Shown here: positions 1 through 9,077 of the stretch, piece after piece
Numbering within the stretch: the stretch's first letter is position 1
Layout: every line of letters starts with the position of its first letter
NCBI GenBank assembly: GCA_050253415.1
Contig: JBFWJC010000001.1
Coordinates: forward strand, 1,384,679-1,448,678
Source of the DNA: Pedobacter sp.
Lineage (GTDB): Bacteria > Desulfobacterota > Desulfuromonadia > Desulfuromonadales > Syntrophotaleaceae
DNA length: 64,000 nt
Direction of reading: 5' to 3'
Translations under genes and position numbers: made by a program
Notes under the pieces: generated by a model
Seen by the model: only the letters and a program-made list of their open reading frames with translations
The model's database searches: none
Told to the model about the DNA's origin: nothing

Positions 1-732
1 CTGGACTGGTCTGCCCGCCGGATCATCAACTCGGCTTTCGGTTGTGCCGGTCAGCGCTGCATGGCGCTGCCGACCGTGGTTGTCGAAGATTGCATCGCCG
101 ATGAATTCGTGGCTCTGCTGAAAAAGTATGCCCAGGAGTTGAAGATGGGGCCGGCCTACGAAGAGACCACCCAGTTGGGTCCCTTGGTCAGCGCTGGTCA
201 AAAGAAATTCGTTGTCGACATGATCAACAAAGGTGTCGAAGAGGGCGCCGAGCTGATTCTCGATGGTCGCGAAACGGTTGTCGAAGGCTGCGAAGAGGGC
301 TATTTCGTCGGCCCCACCATCTTCGACAATGTCAAGCCGGGCATGGTTGTTGGCGATGAAGAAATCTTCGGTCCGGTCGTTAGCATCAAGCGGGTCAAGG
401 ACTTCGAAGAAGGCATCACCGTCATGAACAACAACGAGTTCGCCAACGGTTCTTCGATCTTCACCCGGGACGGCCACAAATCCCGGGAATTCGCTCGCCG
501 GACCGACGGTGGCATGGTCGGCATTAACGTCGGTATTCCGGTGCCCCTGGCGTTCTTCCCCTTCTCCGGTCACAAGCGCTCCTTCTTTGGCGATCTTCAC
601 TGCCTCGGTCGCGACGGGGTTAAGTTTTATACCCAGACCAAGACTGTTACCACCAAGTGGGCATCTCTGGAGGAACTCAGCGATCAGGACAAGGTTTCTA
701 CCTGGGAAGGTACCATCAACAGAGAGCTGTAA
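1..732 (+). CDS. mmsA: CoA-acylating (methyl)malonate-semialdehyde dehydrogenase (ALDH family), 5'-partial
   Basis: Frame is open from base 1 (LDWSARRIINSAFGCAGQRCMA, catalytic Cys motif); EEIFGPV, GMVGINVGIPVP and FFGDLH motifs typical of MmsA/IolA. Confidence 0.9.
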   Translation: MDWSARRIINSAFGCAGQRCMALPTVVVEDCIADEFVALLKKYAQELKMGPAYEETTQLGPLVSAGQKKFVVDMINKGVEEGAELILDGRETVVEGCEEGYFVGPTIFDNVKPGMVVGDEEIFGPVVSIKRVKDFEEGITVMNNNEFANGSSIFTRDGHKSREFARRTDGGMVGINVGIPVPLAFFPFSGHKRSFFGDLHCLGRDGVKFYTQTKTVTTKWASLEELSDQDKVSTWEGTINREL

Positions 733-756
733 TAGATCTCTGGCGCAATGAAAAGT

Positions 757-790
757 CTGGCGGCCCGGCATCAAAGGGCCGGGCCGCCAG
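757..790. terminator. GC-rich hairpin, probable intrinsic terminator
   Basis: 13-bp perfect stem CTGGCGGCCCGGC/GCCGGGCCGCCAG starting 25 nt after the ALDH stop; no good U-tract on +. Confidence 0.6.
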
Positions 791-815
791 TACCTGCTTC
801 GCTAGGGTCATAGGG

Positions 816-1292
816 ATGACGATGCACATTGTTAAAGACATAGATGCCCAAACCAAGGCGATTATCGTGCTGGAATACCTGCCCGGTCGTACTGTGGCAG
901 AGATATGCCAAGAGTATGACGTTGAAACGACACAGATCTGGGAATGGCGCAAAACTTTCCTGTTGAATGTGCATAAGGTTTTTGGTTTGACTCACAAGTT
1001 TGAGATTTTGGAAAACGAGATTCTGGCGCCGGATGTCCACCGCATGGTTATTCGCGCCCCGCGGATTGCCAAGGTTCGCCAACCTGGGCAGTTTGTCATA
1101 ATCGGTGCTGAAGGGTACGGCGATGGTGTCCCCCTTACCATTGATGACGCCAATCCTTCAGAAGGCACCATTACCCTATTTGTTCATGCGGTCAGTGCAG
1201 CTTCGCGGAAACTTGTTGGAACTCCCGTGGGAGGAGGGGTTCCAGATATTACTGGACCTCTGTGGTGCAGGCATTCGGTAAGTAAACCGTGA
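816..1292 (+). pseudogene. Chimeric, truncated ORF: transposase-type HTH fused to the N-terminal FAD-binding domain of an NfnA/PyrK-like protein
   Basis: N-part KAIIVLEYL-GRTVAEICQEYDV..QIWEWRKTF resembles an IS OrfA HTH; C-part FEILENEILAPDVHRMVIRAPRIAK..QPGQFVII..PLTIDD..ITGPL resembles NfnA; stops before the NAD-binding and 2Fe-2S parts. Confidence 0.7.
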
Positions 1293-1464
1293 AGAAAGAG
1301 GTTCCAAATGTTTGAGGTTCTGCAAAGCGCAGCGGATTTTTGAACTGTTCCGTCAACGGCAAGGACACGCATCGGCAACCTAGCGCAGAAAGAGTTCGGC
1401 ACTGTGTAGAGTCTTATCCGGGAAAATCCTGAATAGAGTTCCCGAGAAATGTCAAATAGAGGAG

Positions 1465-3462
1465 ATGGAAATGGCAAGAATACTCTACGGGGTATGGAAT
1501 GAAGAGATCACCGACAACCGGGACAAGCGGTTTTTCGAGATCGAAGAGCTGAAAGAGTTCGATCAGATGGATGAGTTCAATCCCGGCAATCCGGTGAAAG
1601 CGTTCCTGGGCGCCAAGGGTTTTTTTGTCTTCGACAAGGAGACCAGCATTCTTGACGCCGCTCATCAGTATGTCGCCACTGCAGCCAAGGAGTCCTGCGG
1701 CAAATGTACGCCCTGCCGTGTGGGCACCGAGGTGCTCACCTCAAAGCTGGAAGCTCTCAGCAAGGGCGAGATCGGCGCCGATGCCGTGGATGAGATTCTG
1801 ACCCTGGCCGAACATATCAAGTCCACCTCCATGTGCGGGCTGGGGCAGACCGCCACCGAACCCCTTATCGCCATGCTCCGGCATTTCAGGGATGAATTTG
1901 AGATCAGTATCGGCCGGTATGACGAGACAGGAAAGCAGGCGTACACCGACTACGTGACCGCCCCATGCATAGAGCAGTGTCCCTCTCGGGTAGACATCCC
2001 ACGCTACATCGAGTATGTGAAGGACAGCAAATTCGACCGTTCCATAGGCGTGATTCTGAAGAAATACCCCATGGCCGCCACCTGCGGTCGCGTGTGCGTG
2101 CGCTTCTGCGAGGCCGCCTGCCGCCGCAGCCGCGTGGACGAGCCCGTGGGCATCAAGGTGCTTAAGCGATTCGTGGCCGACAAGGAGCGCTACGTCACAG
2201 ATCAGTGGTTCAACGAAGACCTCATCTCTGAAAAGAAGGGCGATGACTTGAGGGTAGCCGTCATCGGCGCGGGCCCGGCCGGTATCTCCGCGGCCTATCA
2301 TCTGCTGCTCAAGGGCTATCCCGTGGACGTGTACGAGTCCCTCACCGAACCCGGCGGAATGGCGGGCGTGGGCATTCCAAAATACCGTCTGCCCAAGGAC
2401 GAGATTCTCAACAAAGAGGTGAGCATCATCGAGTCGCTGGGTGGACATATCCATTATGGCAAGAAGATGGGCAAGGATTTCTCCCTCGACGATCTGATTA
2501 GGCAGGGGTACAAGTCGGTCTTCATCGGTGTGGGCGCCCACAGGGGCAAGAAGTTGAAAGTGGCCGGCGAAGACGACTCTCTGGAAGGCTATATCAGTGG
2601 CGTCAGGTTCCTTCTTTACATCAACCAGCATGTCCTCAATGAAGAGCAGAGTGAATTCCCGGTGAAGCTGGGCAAGAAGCTGCTGGTGATGGGTGGTGGA
2701 AATGTGGCCATGGACTGCGCTCGCTCCGCCCTGCGCATGGGTGTTGAAGAGGTACATGTGGCCTACCGCCGCGCCGAAGAGCAGATGCCCGCCGACGTGG
2801 AGGAGATCCACGCGGCCAAGGAGGAGGGAATTCACTTCCATTTCCTCAGCCAGCCCGTTCGGGTGATCTCCGAAAAGAGACAGGTCACCGGCATTGAATT
2901 CGTTGAGATGGAGCTGGGCGAGATGGACTCCAGCGGACGCCGGGGCGTGACTCCTAAGCCGGGCTCGGAATTCATCATCGATGCCGACAACGTGGTGGTC
3001 GCCATCGGCCAGGAGGTAGATGCCTCCTTTCTCAGCGATGACGACGGGATGGAGCTCGATCGCTGGGAGTGCCTTAAGACCGACGACCATCTGGCCACCA
3101 CCCGCAAGGGTGTGTTCGCCGGTGGCGATTGCGTGCTGGGCCCAGCCACCCTGATCCAGGCCATGGCCCAGGGCGAGAAGGCGGCACGATCCATAGACGA
3201 GTATTTGACTTACGGCCGACCCCAGTTCGATTCGGACCGGCGCATGAGCCAGATCGTCGAGTGCGTCCGTAAGCATGCCGACGACGACGTGATCCAGCCC
3301 GTAAAGCATCAGTACCGGGTGCGCATCGAGGAGCTGGAGCCCGAAAAGCGGAAAGAGATCTTCGAGGAGGTTGAGAAGGTCATCACTGCGGAGGAGGCGT
3401 TCCGCGAGGCGGATCGGTGTTTGCGGTGTTATCGGATTTATTCTGTGATAACGGATCACTAA
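1465..3462 (+). CDS. SfrB/GltD-like FAD/NADPH oxidoreductase with N-terminal NuoF-type 4Fe-4S domain; probable hydrogenase partner subunit
   Basis: ESCGKCTPCRVG..CGLGQ cluster motif; APCxxxCP, CGRVC..CE..CRR; GAGPAG FAD motif; GGGNVAMD..AYRR NADPH motif; C-terminal EADRCLRC; RBS GAGGAG. Confidence 0.85.
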   Translation: MEMARILYGVWNEEITDNRDKRFFEIEELKEFDQMDEFNPGNPVKAFLGAKGFFVFDKETSILDAAHQYVATAAKESCGKCTPCRVGTEVLTSKLEALSKGEIGADAVDEILTLAEHIKSTSMCGLGQTATEPLIAMLRHFRDEFEISIGRYDETGKQAYTDYVTAPCIEQCPSRVDIPRYIEYVKDSKFDRSIGVILKKYPMAATCGRVCVRFCEAACRRSRVDEPVGIKVLKRFVADKERYVTDQWFNEDLISEKKGDDLRVAVIGAGPAGISAAYHLLLKGYPVDVYESLTEPGGMAGVGIPKYRLPKDEILNKEVSIIESLGGHIHYGKKMGKDFSLDDLIRQGYKSVFIGVGAHRGKKLKVAGEDDSLEGYISGVRFLLYINQHVLNEEQSEFPVKLGKKLLVMGGGNVAMDCARSALRMGVEEVHVAYRRAEEQMPADVEEIHAAKEEGIHFHFLSQPVRVISEKRQVTGIEFVEMELGEMDSSGRRGVTPKPGSEFIIDADNVVVAIGQEVDASFLSDDDGMELDRWECLKTDDHLATTRKGVFAGGDCVLGPATLIQAMAQGEKAARSIDEYLTYGRPQFDSDRRMSQIVECVRKHADDDVIQPVKHQYRVRIEELEPEKRKEIFEEVEKVITAEEAFREADRCLRCYRIYSVITDH

Positions 3463-3568
3463 TGGTTTAGCAAACATAAAAGCCGTAATACTCATTAGAG
3501 AGAAATGAGTATCTTCAGTTAAAATTTCATGCGCTATTTAGCGTTGACAAATCTTTTAGGAGATTGCA

Positions 3569-5365
3569 ATGCAAGGGACCATCAACGGAAAACTGGTGGA
3601 ATTCGGGGAGAACGAGACCATTCTCCAGACCGCGAGACGTTATGATATGTTTATCCCCACCCTTTGCGAGCTGGAGAATCTCGACCACACGCCCGGCACC
3701 TGCCGCGTCTGTCTGGTGGAGATCAAGCGCAAGGGGGATGACTTCACCCAGATCGTGACCTCGTGCAATACGCCCATGGAGGAGGGCAACGAGGTGCAGA
3801 CCCGCAGCCGCAAGGTGCGCGAGCAGCAGCGTCTACAGGTGAATCTGCTGCTCACCGATCATGAAGAGGACTGCGCCACATGCGTGCGCCACGGCGACTG
3901 TGAGCTGCAGGACGTGGCTCAGTTCGTGGGCTTGAAAGAGGCGCGCTTCAAATACGACTTCTCCAGCGGCCGCACCAAGGATGCCAGCTCTCCGTCGGTG
4001 GTCCGCGACATGACCAAGTGCATCCGCTGCGGACGTTGCGTGACCATCTGCCGCGAAGTGCAGGGCACGGACGTGCTGTTCTACGAGAATAAGGGCGTCA
4101 ACTCCGAGATTGGCGTACGTGACAGCGATCTCTTGAACACATCGGACTGCGTGAGCTGCGGCCAGTGCACCCTGGTCTGTCCCGTGGGCGCCCTGGCCGA
4201 ACGGGACGATACCGAAGAGGTGATTGACTACCTCAACGATCCTGAGATGTTCACCGTAGTCCAGTTCGCTCCGGCCACCCGCGTGGCCCTGGGCGAGGAG
4301 TTCAACTTGAAGCCCGGCAGCAACGTGGAGGGCCAGATGATCACCGCCTTCCGCAAGCTGGGCGCCGATGTGGTGCTGGACACAAACTTCACGGCCGACG
4401 TGGTCATCATGGAGGAGGGTAGCGAACTGCTTCACCGCGTGAAAGAGGGCGGCACCCTGCCCATGCTCACATCCTGCTCCCCCGGCTGGATCAACTATGT
4501 GGAGAAATTCTATCCCGATATGGTCTCCAATCTCTCCACCACCAAGTCGCCTCAGCAGTGTCTGGGTGCCATCGCCAAAACCTATCTGGCCGAGAAGATG
4601 GAGATCGATCCGGCCAAGATGCGCGTCATCTCCATCATGCCATGCACGGCAAAGAAGGAGGAGGCCAAGCGTCCCGAATTCACCATCGGCGAACGTCCCG
4701 AGGTGGATGTGGTGCTCACCACCCGCGAGTTCGGCTCGCTACTGAAACGGGAAGGCATCTGGCTGCCCGATCTGGAGGAGGGCAAGTTCGACAATCCCTG
4801 GATGGGTGTGGCCACGGGCGCAGCCGAGATCTTTGGTTCAACCGGCGGTGTAATGGAGGCGGCGGTGCGCACCGTGCACTACATCGTCAAGGGCGAGGAG
4901 CTCCCTGGCGTGGACCTAAAAGCCGTGCGCGGCCTGGAGGGCATTCGTGAAGCCAGCGTGGATCTGGGCGAACTGGGCACGGTGAACGTGGCCATCGCCA
5001 ACAGCCTGAAATCCGCGAGAGAGCTGGTGGGTCGGGTACGCAGCGGCGAGAAGGAGTACCACTTCATCGAGGTCATGGCCTGCCCCGGCGGTTGTATGGG
5101 AGGTGGAGGCCAACCCAAGCACAAGCACAACTACCGTGAATTTCTCACGGCGCGTCAGAAGGCCATCTACGACATCGACGCCAGCAGCGAACTGCGCCAG
5201 TCCCACCGCAATCCCCTGGTGAAGGAGATGTACGACAGCTACTTCGGCGAACCCTACTCGTCCGAGAGGTCGCATAAATATCTTCACACCACCTATTCGG
5301 ACAAGAAGCGGACGGTGAAACACACCATCAAGGAGATCTGGGATGAGCTGTCGGAAGGCCGGTAG
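3569..5365 (+). CDS. hydA: [FeFe]-hydrogenase catalytic subunit, group A (2Fe-2S, His-ligated 4Fe-4S, 2x4Fe-4S, H-cluster)
   Basis: H-cluster motifs TSCSPGW, MPCTAKKEE, EVMACPGGCMGGGGQP; N-terminal IPTLC..CRVC..SC, HxxxCxxCxxxxxC and two CxxCxxCxxxC; RBS AGGAG. Confidence 0.95.
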   Translation: MQGTINGKLVEFGENETILQTARRYDMFIPTLCELENLDHTPGTCRVCLVEIKRKGDDFTQIVTSCNTPMEEGNEVQTRSRKVREQQRLQVNLLLTDHEEDCATCVRHGDCELQDVAQFVGLKEARFKYDFSSGRTKDASSPSVVRDMTKCIRCGRCVTICREVQGTDVLFYENKGVNSEIGVRDSDLLNTSDCVSCGQCTLVCPVGALAERDDTEEVIDYLNDPEMFTVVQFAPATRVALGEEFNLKPGSNVEGQMITAFRKLGADVVLDTNFTADVVIMEEGSELLHRVKEGGTLPMLTSCSPGWINYVEKFYPDMVSNLSTTKSPQQCLGAIAKTYLAEKMEIDPAKMRVISIMPCTAKKEEAKRPEFTIGERPEVDVVLTTREFGSLLKREGIWLPDLEEGKFDNPWMGVATGAAEIFGSTGGVMEAAVRTVHYIVKGEELPGVDLKAVRGLEGIREASVDLGELGTVNVAIANSLKSARELVGRVRSGEKEYHFIEVMACPGGCMGGGGQPKHKHNYREFLTARQKAIYDIDASSELRQSHRNPLVKEMYDSYFGEPYSSERSHKYLHTTYSDKKRTVKHTIKEIWDELSEGR

Positions 5366-5531
5366 GGACGGTGCAAGCTGCATCCCTACAATCGGAGCAA
5401 CAGTAGGTTGTAGCCTTCGGCGGCAAAAGCCTCCCGAACGTTTCAAGATGTCGGCAACTGAAATTCTTCTACTGGATAGTTGATTAAGTACTTTGCCGGG
5501 AGTTGAAAAAAGCCGCGGATAGGAAAATCAG

Positions 5532-5564
5532 CGGCTCCCCGGTTCAATGGGGAGCCGTTTGTTT
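5532..5564 (+). terminator. Intrinsic terminator after the hydrogenase genes
   Basis: CGGCTCCCC/GGGGAGCCG stem followed by TTTGTTT. Confidence 0.65.
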
Positions 5565-5827
5565 GGAGTGACTGTATTGTTAGAATCGGTTTGTTCCCAA
5601 GGTAGCACATACCATGGAGGCCCTGGCCATGCAGGTGGCTGATGTGCAAACATCGAGGGAACATTAGTTAAAAAAAGCTGGGGCCACATGATAAGATTCT
5701 GCAGTTGGTGTAACAGTACGCTGCGCTGGTCAACTAAGTTCAAGGGGAAAACCCAGGGCATCTGCCTGAATTGTTTGCGCAAGCATTTCTCGGACGAGGC
5801 GAAAGATATTCTCCGGGCCGTGGAGGA

Positions 5828-6790
5828 ATGATGAAAAACATAAGGCAAACCTTGCAAGGGAAGCCGCGCCTGGGCGCAGTGGCAGCCCTGGTTTTATTGT
5901 CCCTGATCTGGGGCTACAACTGGGTGGTGATGAAAATCGCGTTGCAGGATGCGCCTCCTTTGTTGTTCGCTGCTCTGCGAACCTTTCTCGGCGCGATCTG
6001 TCTGTTACCCATTCTCTACTTTCAGGGCCGTTTGCGCTGCCCGCAAAACCCGTTGCAGATTGTCCTGCTCGGTCTGCTTCAGACGACCGGTTTCATTGGT
6101 TTTATGACGTGGGCCTTGCTGGCCGGAGCAGCGGGGAAAACCGCCATGCTGGTCTATCTGATGCCTTTTTGGGTACTGATCCTGGCAGGAATTTTCCTCA
6201 ATGAAAGACTGGACTCCTGGCAGCGACTGGTCATGGTTCCGGCATTTGGCGGGTTGGTGCTGATACTCGAACCGTGGCACTTTTCTGGCGATCTCACTCC
6301 CAAGTTCCTTGCTCTGGGCTCCGGCCTTTGCTGGGCCGGAGGATCGGTGCTGGGAAAACGGCTCTGTAAAACCACCCACGCGGACCTTCTTGGTCTCACC
6401 GCCTGGCAGATGTTGCTGGGCTCCCTTCCGCTGGCGGCAGCCTGCTTCCTGATCCCTGAATCACCGGTCACTTGGTCTAGCTATCTGCTGGCGGCGCTAG
6501 CTTATAACGTTGTCCTCTGTAATGCTCTGGCCTTTATTCTCTGGTTTTACATCCTTAAAAAGCTGCCGGCCGGCATCGCCGGTCTGGGGAGCCTCGGCAC
6601 TCCTCTGCTCGGTGTGCTGGCTGCCTGGGTGCAGCTGGGAGAGCGACCGGGCCTTTCCGCCGGGATAGGGATGGGGCTAATCGCCTGTGCCCTCTTTTTG
6701 TTATGTCGTTCCTGGCGAGGGGTTGGGTGCCGGCAAAAAAGACCCAGGAACCTTGAACCCAATGAGGAACTCGCGCGCCAATTGCATTAA
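5828..6790 (+). CDS. EamA/DMT family transporter
   Basis: About 10 hydrophobic helices; LIWGYNWVVMK..PPLLFAALR, FLNERL and LGERP duplicated EamA motifs; GGAGG upstream of ATG 5828/5831. Confidence 0.9.
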   Translation: MMKNIRQTLQGKPRLGAVAALVLLSLIWGYNWVVMKIALQDAPPLLFAALRTFLGAICLLPILYFQGRLRCPQNPLQIVLLGLLQTTGFIGFMTWALLAGAAGKTAMLVYLMPFWVLILAGIFLNERLDSWQRLVMVPAFGGLVLILEPWHFSGDLTPKFLALGSGLCWAGGSVLGKRLCKTTHADLLGLTAWQMLLGSLPLAAACFLIPESPVTWSSYLLAALAYNVVLCNALAFILWFYILKKLPAGIAGLGSLGTPLLGVLAAWVQLGERPGLSAGIGMGLIACALFLLCRSWRGVGCRQKRPRNLEPNEELARQLH

Positions 6791-6805
6791 TGTGGTAGTT
6801 GGGTT

Positions 6806-7123
6806 GTGGTCGGTACAGTGGGTTGTGTTTGCAGAACAAGGGTAATCTTTGAGATTAATAATAACCTATGCAAGGGCTGCGGCTTGTGCAAGGCAGCTTG
6901 TCCTCGGAGTTTGCTTGTGTTGAGAAAGCAGGAAGGCTTTACGGATTTTTCTTTTGCGTTCATTCGAGAAACAGTCAACTGCGCTGGCTGCGCGATGTGC
7001 GCTTCCGTATGCCCAGATATTGCGATTTGCGTTTATGCGCGAACAAAAAATAAATACACTTTGGAACGCAGTCGGGCTTTTTCGATTGTTAAGAAAAAAA
7101 TCAGAGAAGGGTCGGGTAGATGA
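6806..7123 (+). CDS. 2x[4Fe-4S] ferredoxin (2-oxoacid:ferredoxin oxidoreductase delta-like)
   Basis: CKGCGLCKAACP and CAGCAMCASVCPD; start codon uncertain. Confidence 0.7.
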   Translation: MVGTVGCVCRTRVIFEINNNLCKGCGLCKAACPRSLLVLRKQEGFTDFSFAFIRETVNCAGCAMCASVCPDIAICVYARTKNKYTLERSRAFSIVKKKIREGSGR

Positions 7124-7455
7124 TTAAATTAAATGGTAAATTGAATGCCCGCCAATGGGGCCGGTCAGATATTCATGCAGCATTACCCCTATACTAAAGC
7201 CGCCGGGAAAAGACTGTAGAGGGTTGCCAGATCCGGTGTAATAAGTGAAAGTCCCCTTACGTCTGGTGGCTTCAGGAGATTTATACAGGGAAGTGCTTTC
7301 CATAAACAATTACGGATTAAGGTACATTGCTGGCCGAGGTTGGTCCTAAGGCCTATGCTTATATAGAGGAGTATTGATACTCATTATCCTTCGTAACAGA
7401 AAATCTTTCTTTTTTTACTTGCTTGCTGCCGCTTTCTGGTCGGAGTAGAGAATTC

Positions 7456-7662
7456 ATGACCCCGACCATAGTAGTTTTGAAAGATGATCAGACAGGCCAG
7501 GAACTTCTCGAAGAAGCTTTGTAGGTTTTAGATCCTGCTGTCACAGGCATTTCTGTTCATTTTGAGCACTTTGATCTGAGTCTGGAAAATCGTCGTAAAA
7601 CTAGGAATAAGGTAGTCTACGAAGCCGCTGAAGCCATTGATAACTATCTCAGTCGAGTATGA
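7456..7662 (+). pseudogene. N-terminal relic of an isocitrate/isopropylmalate dehydrogenase-family protein
   Basis: Manual translation MTPTIVVLKDDQTGQELLEEAL*VLDPAVTGISVHFEHFDLSLENRRKTRNKVVYEAAEAI; in-frame TAG at 7522, homology lost after about 60 codons; absent from the ORF track. Confidence 0.7.
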
Positions 7663-7825
7663 AAGCTAAATCAAGAATTTCCATGCGACTGTATATACCC
7701 AGTTTGGATGAGATTTGAGCGATTTTCATAGGTGAAAGTGACTGTCAGAATGGGCACTCAAAATCATACGAGTTGGCAGGCAAAGAGGAGGTCACTCGAG
7801 CCTTCGACTTGGAGCGTGAGGGGCT

Positions 7826-8035
7826 ATGATCATTATCTGCAGCTGGTGTAGTGCCAGGATCGGTTGGGTTAACTATTCCAAAGGCGAAAGCCACGGAATC
7901 TGTTTGAATTGTTTGCAGGAATTTTTCCCAATAGAGGCGAAAAGTATCATTCGCAAGATGCGCACCGACGCTCTGGCTACGCGTATTGGTAAGCAAGGTA
8001 ATTGCAATAATGATGGTTGCCCTGTACCTGCTTGA
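7826..8035 (+). CDS. Small Cys-rich protein, probable zinc ribbon (CSWC...SHGICxxC)
   Basis: Two CxxC pairs with SHGIC motif; GAGGGG upstream of ATG. Confidence 0.55.
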   Translation: MIIICSWCSARIGWVNYSKGESHGICLNCLQEFFPIEAKSIIRKMRTDALATRIGKQGNCNNDGCPVPA

Positions 8036-8143
8036 CTCTCATTTAAGTCACGATAATTGGTTTGATTCCAGAAGTAATGTTGATCCAATAAAAGACGGAG
8101 CTCAATACTCCGCCCCTTTTGTTGGTGCGATTTTTTTAGGCAA

Positions 8144-8884
8144 TCAAATCGCCTCTTTGGGCGTTGGTTTTTTTTCTTCGTTTTCTCGCAGAGCTTCCAG
8201 TTCTTTTTCCACATCGCAAATATGGGCAAACATGTGTTTTTCTGCCCCGTCGGCATCCCCTGATTTGATCGCTTCAAAGATCTTCTCGTGGGAGTCCAGG
8301 ACATGCTGCGAAAACTCCTGTCCCGGATTTATGTGCGTTTTGATGTCCGTGAGCATGCTGTTGACAAAATCAAGAATCATGACCATCACAGGATTCCTGC
8401 TGGCTTGAGCAAGGAAAACATGAAAATCAATTTCTTCTTTGACACCTACCACGTTTTTTTTCTTTTCGAATATTTTCCGACATTTTCGGTCGATTTCTTC
8501 AAGTTTATCGATTTCCTGAGCACTGAAACGCTCTGCCGCAAGCCTTGCAAGGTAAGGTTCAACAATCTTTCGGATTTCAGAAAGATCCTTGACGGAAACA
8601 TTTTGAAAGTGAAGGAAATTGGCAATGGAGTCACGGGTCGTTTCCATATCGACTTCACTGACAACCGGCCCGCCTCCAGCACCTCGCTTGATCTCAATAA
8701 ACCCCATAGCTTCCAAACTACGTAGCGCTTCACGTAAGGTGTGTTTACTGACACCAAATTGCGTAATCAGATCCTTTTCCGGAGGCAGACACTGACCGGC
8801 TTGTAACTGACCCTTTAAAATCGCATCTCGCACCTGGCGGATAATGTGTGTTGACATTTTGTCATGGCTTGCTGATCTGAACAT
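8144..8884 (-). CDS. FadR/GntR family transcriptional regulator
   Basis: LPPEKDLITQFGVSKHTLREAL wHTH; FCD domain (DFHVFLA..NPV..HEKIFEAI..MFAH). Confidence 0.92.
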   Translation of the reverse strand: MFRSASHDKMSTHIIRQVRDAILKGQLQAGQCLPPEKDLITQFGVSKHTLREALRSLEAMGFIEIKRGAGGGPVVSEVDMETTRDSIANFLHFQNVSVKDLSEIRKIVEPYLARLAAERFSAQEIDKLEEIDRKCRKIFEKKKNVVGVKEEIDFHVFLAQASRNPVMVMILDFVNSMLTDIKTHINPGQEFSQHVLDSHEKIFEAIKSGDADGAEKHMFAHICDVEKELEALRENEEKKPTPKEAI

Positions 8885-9077
8885 GTTGACCTCGATATAT
8901 GTTTATATATAGCCAAATGATTAAAAGTTACAATTATCCACTTGAAGATACTAAAGACCGAAAAGATAATCAAGTAAATTTGTCCAATATATTGTTCCAG
9001 ATGGTTTTCATCATAAGGATGTGATTTTAAATAAACTTCTTACGGCGGGTGTCAAGGTAGTTGTCGCCTCAGTCTCA

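Noticed and set aside
1741..3495. 584-aa antisense ORF (similarly 45467-47230, 49130-50143, 44191-45153, 58088-58810)
   Set aside because: Shadow frames of GC-rich genes that have clear motifs on the opposite strand
7124..7309. 61-aa minus-strand ORF
   Set aside because: No motif that could be assigned with confidence
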